A stretch of 64,000 bases of DNA, taken from positions 1 to 64,000 of IMG/VR virus record IMGVR_UViG_3300040801_001687; one strand, 5' to 3'. Under the pieces are notes generated by a model. It worked only from the letters and a program-made list of their open reading frames with translations. It had not been told where the DNA came from and searched no databases. Origin of the DNA: a virus. This document shows, piece after piece, positions 57,284 to 64,000 of the stretch; position 1 is the stretch's first letter, and every line of letters starts with the position of its first letter. The translations under genes were made by a program, and so were the position numbers.

Positions 57284-58178
57284 GTTATTATTAATAGATT
57301 CTAACAATAGATGTTGGGCCTCATATCATGCATATAGTAGGCTTTCATATAAAGGTGAATCAGTTTCTATACTATATGGGTTGCCTTCGATTGTTAGTTC
57401 TACTATTAAAAAACTTAATGCTGATAAAACTATAATGGTTTGGGATGGTAAACATGATTCGGAAAGAGTAAAAATACACCCGAATTATAAAGAGAGGGAT
57501 AAAAAGAGTTTAGTGGATTATGAAAGCTTTATGGAGCAAAAGTCTACAGTATACTCTATGGTTAGGTTTTTAGGAATACCCCAAGCCCTTAACGCTACGA
57601 TGGAAGCTGATGATTTAATTTATTCTTTGGTTAGAAAAAACCTTAAGAAGTATGATGAGATAACTATTGTATCGGGTGATAAGGATTTTAACCAATTAGT
57701 AAGACCCTATTCTAAAAAGAAGGGTACTGCTGCAGTTAATATTTTTAATGACTCCAAGAAGTTAACTCTTGACCATAAAAATATGGAAACCCAATTTGGT
57801 TACACTCCTAAACAGACGGTGGATTATCTTTCATTAGTAGGTGATAAATCGGATAACATACCGGGGTATCCAGGTATAGGTGATAAAAGGGCTAGAGATT
57901 TGTTATCAAAATATGGGAGTGTAGCGGGATTCTTGAAATCAAGTGATTCTCACAATCAAATTAATAAGGAGAAGCTACTAGAAGTCATGGAGATTAATCG
58001 TATACTGATTGATTTAAGATACTTCCATAAGACTTTTATAAAAGGGAATCCAAAAAAGAAAATAAAGTGGATAAACAATGAAGAGAACCCCGAAAAGGAT
58101 ATAAAGAAATTTAAAAAATTATGTGCTAAGTATGGGATGAAAAAATTAATGGGTAAATCATTTTTAAATACATTTTAA
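57276..58178 (+). CDS. 5'-3' exonuclease/RNase H (FEN family)
   Basis: LLID, YK..R, EADD, SGDKD, GDKSDNIPG..GIG.K. Confidence 0.93.
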   Translation: MSRLLLIDSNNRCWASYHAYSRLSYKGESVSILYGLPSIVSSTIKKLNADKTIMVWDGKHDSERVKIHPNYKERDKKSLVDYESFMEQKSTVYSMVRFLGIPQALNATMEADDLIYSLVRKNLKKYDEITIVSGDKDFNQLVRPYSKKKGTAAVNIFNDSKKLTLDHKNMETQFGYTPKQTVDYLSLVGDKSDNIPGYPGIGDKRARDLLSKYGSVAGFLKSSDSHNQINKEKLLEVMEINRILIDLRYFHKTFIKGNPKKKIKWINNEENPEKDIKKFKKLCAKYGMKKLMGKSFLNTF

Positions 58179-58179
58179 T

Positions 58180-58671
58180 ATGGGTAAAAAATATAAAAAA
58201 TTCAATCCAGTAAAAAAGGTAGCAGAGTTTCATAAGGTATCAGGTAATTCAATATTACCTAAACCAGAAATTCCTAAAGCCGAAAGGTTAAAACTAAGAG
58301 TAATACTTATTCAGGAGGAACTGGATGAATTAAAGGAGGCTATAGAACAAAACGATTTTGTTGAGATGGCTGATGCTCTTACAGATATTCTTTATGTAAC
58401 TATAGGTTCTTTCTTAGAGTTAGGGTTAGGGAAGATAACCCATAAGTTATTTAAAGAAGTTCATAGGTCTAATATGACTAAATTTTGTGATACTGAAGAA
58501 CAAGCAAAGGCTCAGGTTAATTGGTATATGCAGAATAAAGGTATAGTTGCTGACTACTATGAGAAAGGGGGTAAGTGGATTCTATTTAACACTGCCACTG
58601 AAAAAACAATAAAGAGGCGGGACTATTCACGACCTGATTTAAAATCAATAATTCAAAAGGCCTCTAAATAA
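58180..58671 (+). CDS. MazG-like all-alpha NTP pyrophosphohydrolase
   Basis: EELDEL...E.ADALTD.LYV, EVHRSNMTK. Confidence 0.88.
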   Translation: MGKKYKKFNPVKKVAEFHKVSGNSILPKPEIPKAERLKLRVILIQEELDELKEAIEQNDFVEMADALTDILYVTIGSFLELGLGKITHKLFKEVHRSNMTKFCDTEEQAKAQVNWYMQNKGIVADYYEKGGKWILFNTATEKTIKRRDYSRPDLKSIIQKASK

Positions 58672-58683
58672 GAGGCTTTTTTT
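58660..58683 (+). terminator. Rho-independent terminator
   Basis: GCCTCT/AGAGGC stem plus 7 T. Confidence 0.7.
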
Positions 58684-58702
58684 ATCACTTAAGTAGTCTA
58701 CC

Positions 58703-59668
58703 ATGAAAAAGAAAGTAATATTTATAGCATTTTCAGATATACAAATAGAAGATTGGAAACAATATTCCAAAGACCACTCAAGGCTTTATGATAATGAGAA
58801 GATACTTAAAAAGATATACGAGAAGGCCGAAAAATATAAATGTCCTGTTCTATTTGGGGGTGATTTGTTTGATAATCCTTATGGCCTATCTAACAGAGTC
58901 CTTAATGAGATGGCCAAATGGTTTAAGAAATTTAAAAGGCCGATTTATGCAATATCTGGAAACCATGACCAACAAGAGAAAAATACCTTAACTAATAAAA
59001 GCCCCACCTATATGGATTTCATGTCCATAGCTTTTGATAATTTTGTAAACTTAGATAATGGGTATCACCTATTTGCTAAAAATGAAACTATTGTTGCTGG
59101 TATACCATATTATGCCTCCTCTAAAGATTTAATTGAGGCTATAAAGACAATGAATAAGAAATTAAAAAGAAGGCCAGAAAGAAAGATTCTCCTATTACAT
59201 ACACATTTACCTGGTGCTAAAGAACCTTCTGGCCTACAATTGGAATCAGATTTACCCTCCACAATATATAGACATCTAAAAGGTTATGATTTAGTTTTAT
59301 CGGGTCACATTCATAAACCCCAAAAGATATTTAAGAACACGTTAAATATGGGAGCTACCCATAACCAAAGGACTTCAGATGAAGGGTGTAAAATGGGTTT
59401 TTGGTTAATTTATGATGATTTAACTTATAAGTTTATAGATGCTAAGGCCCCAATGTTTAAATATATAGAAGAAGATGAAGAACCCGAAGATGATTACAAT
59501 TTCTATATTAGGGTATCGAAAGAAGAGGAGTATGAGGAAACAGAAGAGGTATCGGTTAATTTTAAACCAAATTCAAAACCGGAAACTCTTGCAAAAGAAT
59601 ACCTCAAAGCCAAAAATATAAAATCAAAGGCTAAATTAAAAACACTTAAAAAATATCTAAAACTATGA
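58703..59668 (+). CDS. sbcD: SbcD/Mre11-like metallophosphoesterase nuclease
   Basis: SDIQ, GGDLFD, GNHD, LLHT, GHIH. Confidence 0.9.
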   Translation: MKKKVIFIAFSDIQIEDWKQYSKDHSRLYDNEKILKKIYEKAEKYKCPVLFGGDLFDNPYGLSNRVLNEMAKWFKKFKRPIYAISGNHDQQEKNTLTNKSPTYMDFMSIAFDNFVNLDNGYHLFAKNETIVAGIPYYASSKDLIEAIKTMNKKLKRRPERKILLLHTHLPGAKEPSGLQLESDLPSTIYRHLKGYDLVLSGHIHKPQKIFKNTLNMGATHNQRTSDEGCKMGFWLIYDDLTYKFIDAKAPMFKYIEEDEEPEDDYNFYIRVSKEEEYEETEEVSVNFKPNSKPETLAKEYLKAKNIKSKAKLKTLKKYLKL

Positions 59669-61533
59669 TAAAGTTTAAAGAGATAGAAGTTATCGGGTTT
59701 GGTTCAATCAAAGGACCTTTTAAATACCGATTAGATAAAAAGGGAATCAATATTATATCAGGTAAAAATGGTTCGGGAAAGACTACTTGGTTATCAGCTT
59801 TTTCATGGTGCTTATTTGGAAAAACTTTAAAAGGAGGCTCATCCATTACCATGTGGGAGCACCTAAGAGATAAGGGTTATAAAGGAGCTAAGGTAACTAA
59901 TACTTTCCAGGCCAATGGAAAAGAGTGTATAGTTATTAGGTGTAAAGATTATAAAGGAAAAATAGAGAATATAAAAGGAGCCTCTAAGTTATTTCTTTAC
60001 ATTGATGGAAAATACCAAGAGAAGTTAAGAAATGTTAAAGATGTACAAGATAAAATAATAGAGTTACTGGGTATGAGTTTTAAATTATTTAAGAACTCTA
60101 TTTTATTTGGTCAAAAGGTTACTAGGTTATTATCTGAAAAAGGTGATGAGCAAAAAAGGATATTTGATGAGGCATTTGCTACTGGATTTATTAATCAGGC
60201 TAAAATAGATGCTAAAAATGAATTGGATAAACTATACTCTGAAAGCTCTTCATTGGCTGTAGAAGTGAATCAATTAGAGGATAAACTTTCTGAACTAAAT
60301 AATAAGGAAGAGGAGCTAAGAGAACTCCAAAAGAATTTTACTATAGAGAAACAGGAAAACCTTAAATCTATAAGAGAAGAAATAAAAACCAAGAAAGAAA
60401 AAATAAAAGAGGTAAAAAATCAAATAAAAGAAAAGAAAGAATTTAAGGCTAAAAGAGTAGAAGTAGAAAATAAATTAATAGAACTTTTTAAAAAAATTGA
60501 TAGCCTTAAAGATGAAGAAAATGAACACTTTAAATTAGACCTACATATTGATGGCCAAAAATCTGAAATAGAATCATTAATGGTTAAATTAAAAAAGGAG
60601 CAGGCCAAATCTTTAAATAAGGTTAAGAAATGTGATAAGTGTGGCTCTGTATTAAATAAAGAGCAGGCCAAAAAACAAAAGAAAGAAACTCAAAAAAATA
60701 TTAAAGATTATAAAAAAGAAATAGAAACTTTACAATCCAAGTTAAATGGGGATGAGTTAAGGCTATCAGAGTTACAATCTAGTATAGATAATTTAGAATC
60801 ACTAAAGAAAGAGAAGAGAGATTTATCCAATAAACTAGATAATGTAAATAGGCATATAGATAAACTACCTTCTAAAGATTATCTTAAATCTTTAAAAGAA
60901 GATTTATCAAACACCAAAGAGAGGTTAAAATTAGAAAAGGGAAGAGAGTTTAGCTATGATTTCACTAAATTACATAAAGAAAGGGATGTTATAAAAAACA
61001 AACTTAAAAAATTAGAACCCGATGTTAAAAAACTTGATAAAAAAATAAAGGTACATGAATGGGTAATATCTGATGCATTGTCTAATAAGGGTCTAAAGGC
61101 ATATATATTTAAAAATATGATTACTAATATAAATAAAATGCTACGATACTATGACAGACATTTGGGTTTTCAGGTTAAATTTGAAATAGACCTAGATTCA
61201 GGTAATAAATCATTTGGAGCATCCATTTATAAAGAAGGGGGTCAAGTTAGTTATGATGATTTATCAGGTGGCCAACAACAATTAGTAGATGTATCATTAG
61301 CATTTGCAGTGAATGATGTATATAATGAGGTTAATCCAGTTAATATATTGGGTTTAGATGAATTATTTGAATCATTGGATGAATCTAATATTGCCATAGT
61401 TTCAGATATACTCTACAAAAAATCTCAAAATTTAGCTATACACCTTATCACACATAGAAAGGAATTTATATCTTCAAGAGTGGTTAATAAAATCGAAATG
61501 GTTAATAGCAGTGGTATATCCAGTGTTGTCTAA
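59665..61533 (+). CDS. sbcC: SbcC/Rad50-like ATPase
   Basis: GKNGSGKT, CDKC zinc hook, LSGGQ, LDE, ITH. Confidence 0.93.
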   Translation: MIKFKEIEVIGFGSIKGPFKYRLDKKGINIISGKNGSGKTTWLSAFSWCLFGKTLKGGSSITMWEHLRDKGYKGAKVTNTFQANGKECIVIRCKDYKGKIENIKGASKLFLYIDGKYQEKLRNVKDVQDKIIELLGMSFKLFKNSILFGQKVTRLLSEKGDEQKRIFDEAFATGFINQAKIDAKNELDKLYSESSSLAVEVNQLEDKLSELNNKEEELRELQKNFTIEKQENLKSIREEIKTKKEKIKEVKNQIKEKKEFKAKRVEVENKLIELFKKIDSLKDEENEHFKLDLHIDGQKSEIESLMVKLKKEQAKSLNKVKKCDKCGSVLNKEQAKKQKKETQKNIKDYKKEIETLQSKLNGDELRLSELQSSIDNLESLKKEKRDLSNKLDNVNRHIDKLPSKDYLKSLKEDLSNTKERLKLEKGREFSYDFTKLHKERDVIKNKLKKLEPDVKKLDKKIKVHEWVISDALSNKGLKAYIFKNMITNINKMLRYYDRHLGFQVKFEIDLDSGNKSFGASIYKEGGQVSYDDLSGGQQQLVDVSLAFAVNDVYNEVNPVNILGLDELFESLDESNIAIVSDILYKKSQNLAIHLITHRKEFISSRVVNKIEMVNSSGISSVV

Positions 61534-61562
61534 TTTGTACTATTAAGTATAAATATAAAACG

Positions 61563-62108
61563 ATGGCGATTAACCAAAGAAGAAAAGGTAAAAAAGGAGA
61601 ACAGAAGGCTATAAACTTCTTTAAACAATGGACTGGGATGGATTTTAAAAAATCCCCAGCTTCAGGGGGATTAAGAGGTCACGTTGTGGAATATACGGTA
61701 GGAGATATTATATGCGTAGAAAAGAATTATGTATTTCCTATATCTGTAGAATGTAAATTTTATGCCGATATAAACTTTGCTCATCTCCTATATGATGTAA
61801 ATTCTGAAATTTTTAAATATTGGGACCAATGCCTGGAAGATGCAGAGAGAGCTGAAAAATTCCCCTTACTTATGATGAGATATAATCGCCTTCCCGCTGA
61901 CTTCTTCTTTATTGTGATGCTTTACAAAGACTACAGGTTATTAAAAGATAAAGGCCTTAGAATAAGGGGTAGAAGGTTTTTAGTTCATAACCCCGAAGGA
62001 GGAAACCTATTAATAACTAACACAGAAGAACTAGAGAAGTTAAATTGGAAGAGAGTTGAAAAAGTTTTAATGAAAAACCTAAAAAAGAGATGGCAAAAGA
62101 ACCGATAG
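61563..62108 (+). CDS. PD-(D/E)xK nuclease, Holliday-junction-resolvase-like
   Basis: KG..GE, PASGG, GDI, VECK. Confidence 0.8.
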   Translation: MAINQRRKGKKGEQKAINFFKQWTGMDFKKSPASGGLRGHVVEYTVGDIICVEKNYVFPISVECKFYADINFAHLLYDVNSEIFKYWDQCLEDAERAEKFPLLMMRYNRLPADFFFIVMLYKDYRLLKDKGLRIRGRRFLVHNPEGGNLLITNTEELEKLNWKRVEKVLMKNLKKRWQKNR

Positions 62109-62791
62109 TTTGGATATGTGCCTATATATCTTCTAAGTATCTTAACAAATTAAATGCTGATATAAGAAAGCATAAAAAGTATTTGGGAGTAAGAACTTTT
62201 ATACCTATTATAAGGGTATTAAAGAAGAGGTATAAAGGTAATGAGTATTTTGAAGATGTACCTTTTTTATTTAATTACGGTTTTTTTAGAGTTCCCAAAT
62301 ATTTTATAACAAATCCCCATTTTTTGGATGCCATGAAAGAGGATATATCTTGTATATATTCATGGGTATTTGATAGAGCTAGAGAGAATAGGGGTGAATT
62401 TAAAAAAGGTAATAAATCATATCTTTACAACCCTAAGGGTATATCCATAGTTAGCCAATCTGAATTGTTATTAGTTAAAAGAATGCAGGGTTATAAATCC
62501 ATATTTACTAAGAAAGATGTAGATAATTTATATCCAGGTAAAGTGGTTATATTAAAAGGGTATCCATTTGATGATTTAGAAGCAGAGGTTGTAAAAATAC
62601 ATTCCAAAGCTAAAAAAGTAGAGGTTAGGTTATTGGTATCAAATAATATAAGCAGGGTAACTGTATCTTTTGAAAATATATTTTTTACAATGTACCAATC
62701 TAATTATATGAACACTCCAATGAAAGAACAGTCATTGGAAGAGTTTAAAGAGAAGTCAGGTAATATAAGTAACCTAATGAGAGATGAGTAA
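62090..62791 (+). CDS. nusG: NusG-family transcription elongation/antitermination factor
   Basis: NGN domain (FIP...VPFLFNYGFF) and KOW domain (PGKVVILKGYPFDDLEAEV...KKVEV). Confidence 0.8.
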   Translation: MAKEPIVWICAYISSKYLNKLNADIRKHKKYLGVRTFIPIIRVLKKRYKGNEYFEDVPFLFNYGFFRVPKYFITNPHFLDAMKEDISCIYSWVFDRARENRGEFKKGNKSYLYNPKGISIVSQSELLLVKRMQGYKSIFTKKDVDNLYPGKVVILKGYPFDDLEAEVVKIHSKAKKVEVRLLVSNNISRVTVSFENIFFTMYQSNYMNTPMKEQSLEEFKEKSGNISNLMRDE

Positions 62792-63776
62792 TATTAATGA
62801 TAAAGCCTGGAAGTTATTAAGTGAAGATGAGCAATTAGCTGTTACCTTAAAATATGGCCATAATAAGTCTACATGGGAAGCAGGTGAAATAATGAACAAA
62901 TCCCATTATAAGTTTTTAGAGATAGAGGCTAGAGGTAAAAAATTTCTTCAGTTATTTACTGAACACTATGAGTTTTATGAAACCTTAATACCTCCTTACA
63001 TTAAAATGGACATTAGAGTAAGAAAATATTTTAGGGCTACTATAGAGAAGAGATTAAAGCCCAAAGAAATAGTAGAGGATTTAGATGATACAATTTTCAA
63101 TATCAAATCCATGAGGGAAGAGCTTATTTCAAAGGAAATAGAGAAGCTAGTGAACTCAAAGAGTGCAGTTGATAAGAACTTAGCAAATGTTATACTTGAT
63201 TTCGATAGATGGAACAATTATAGAATATTACCTTCTGATATTCAAGAACCTTCAGCATTCAAAAGAAGAAACAAAAACAACGATAAAAATAATATAAAAC
63301 ATTTAACCTCAATGAATACCTTTACTGTTGAGAAGATAGTGGAGAGGTATAAATTTGAGGCCAAGTCCAATAATTCAAAAGAACTATTTGTACCTATATT
63401 TTCAAGGTTTATAATACCCGAAGAATCTATATTACCTATAAGAAATGATAACGATATTATAAAAGAACTTTCAAAAATAGGTTTCTTTATATTTACAAAT
63501 ATGGAACATGCCCAAAACCTATATAATTTAATATATAATTATGACATTAACCAGAAAAAAAGTTGTAAGGAAGGTCAGAAGTTTTGGCCTAAATATAGAC
63601 TAATAACTAGAAGAGCTATTAATCACAATATGATTAGAAAAAGAATAGCTTCACGTAAATTCTTAGAATCAGCTTTAAAGGATATGGATTTAAACTATTT
63701 AAACCCCAAGGATAGGGATTCCAATAACCCAAGAAGAAAACGAAGAAAAAATATAGATTTAGGTTTAGATAAATAG
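62784..63776 (+). CDS. Protein with an N-terminal sigma-region-4-like HTH
   Basis: LSEDEQLAVTLKY...STWEAGEIM....KFLEIEARG. Confidence 0.55.
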   Translation: MSNINDKAWKLLSEDEQLAVTLKYGHNKSTWEAGEIMNKSHYKFLEIEARGKKFLQLFTEHYEFYETLIPPYIKMDIRVRKYFRATIEKRLKPKEIVEDLDDTIFNIKSMREELISKEIEKLVNSKSAVDKNLANVILDFDRWNNYRILPSDIQEPSAFKRRNKNNDKNNIKHLTSMNTFTVEKIVERYKFEAKSNNSKELFVPIFSRFIIPEESILPIRNDNDIIKELSKIGFFIFTNMEHAQNLYNLIYNYDINQKKSCKEGQKFWPKYRLITRRAINHNMIRKRIASRKFLESALKDMDLNYLNPKDRDSNNPRRKRRKNIDLGLDK

Positions 63777-63788
63777 AAAAATTATATC

Positions 63789-63796
63789 TATATTTG
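63789..63796 (+). promoter_or_regulatory. Bacteroidota -7 element TATATTTG
   Basis: Followed by an AATCAA leader and ATG 63822. Confidence 0.6.
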
Positions 63797-63821
63797 GATA
63801 AATCAAATAATCAATATTCCA

Positions 63822-64000
63822 ATGGCAAAGAAACACGATTCTAAAAAAGCTAAATCTCAATCTATCTATGATAAGATTGGAAACATGAGAGTAGTTGAAC
63901 TACAAGCCTCTTGTATTATGAGAGGATTAGACTTTACCGATGTAGTTGAATGGGACTTCGGGAAATTAGCCTCATGGCTTATCAAAAACTATGACAAAGA
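63822..64000 (+). CDS. Hypothetical protein truncated by the window end
   Basis: MAKKHDSKKAKSQSIYDKIGNMRVVELQASC... open to the end. Confidence 0.7.
   Translation, partial: MAKKHDSKKAKSQSIYDKIGNMRVVELQASCIMRGLDFTDVVEWDFGKLASWLIKNYDK

Noticed and set aside
55828-58991. Alternative-frame plus-strand ORFs 55828-56034 and 58788-58991 (also 13680-13877 on the minus strand)
   Set aside because: They are short, lie entirely within conserved genes and have no supporting signals.
1-64000. Alternative genetic code (stop reassignment)
   Set aside because: Core genes are full length under code 11 and all three stop codons are used; only one isolated in-frame TAA was seen.
1-64000. tRNA/rRNA genes, integrase, introns or inteins
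   Set aside because: I recognised no cloverleaf or recombinase motifs, and TerL, Pol, helicases and RecA have normal lengths. A tRNAscan run would be needed to exclude tRNAs formally.
1-64000. Apparent CpG scarcity
   Set aside because: It may be explained by low GC and AGA/AGG arginine usage; I cannot separate these effects without counting.

Overview
This window is a 64-kb piece of a low-GC, lytic-type myovirus (contractile tail) genome. Its host is most likely in Bacteroidota, judged from TTG-N19/20-TAnnTTTG promoters and A-rich leaders without Shine-Dalgarno sites. Layout: (1) 1-7600, small early/accessory ORFs converging at about 3450-3650; (2) 7649-43302, a late block with C5-DNA methyltransferase, amidase, terminase, portal, protease/scaffold, capsid, decorated neck proteins, sheath, tube, frameshifted tail chaperone, tape measure, baseplate, fibres and holin-like genes; (3) 43294-64000, a sigma-like gene plus a replication/recombination block with DnaB, primase, SF2 helicase, two thymidylate-synthase-fold paralogues, dCMP deaminase, Pol A, a nucleotide kinase, UvsY-like, SSB, RecA, 5' exonuclease, MazG-like, SbcD/C, resolvase and a NusG paralogue. 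The strongest unexplained signal is a 743-bp segment (2725-3467) with no AC or GT dinucleotide at all. It holds a complete promoter-gene-terminator cassette whose protein has no Thr or Val. It is flanked on both sides by dense GGCC/AAGGCCTT arrays and lies near a putative small terminase gene. I infer it may be a genome terminal repeat purged of primase sites, or of restriction or modification sites. All product calls come from motif recognition and synteny; no database searches were run.
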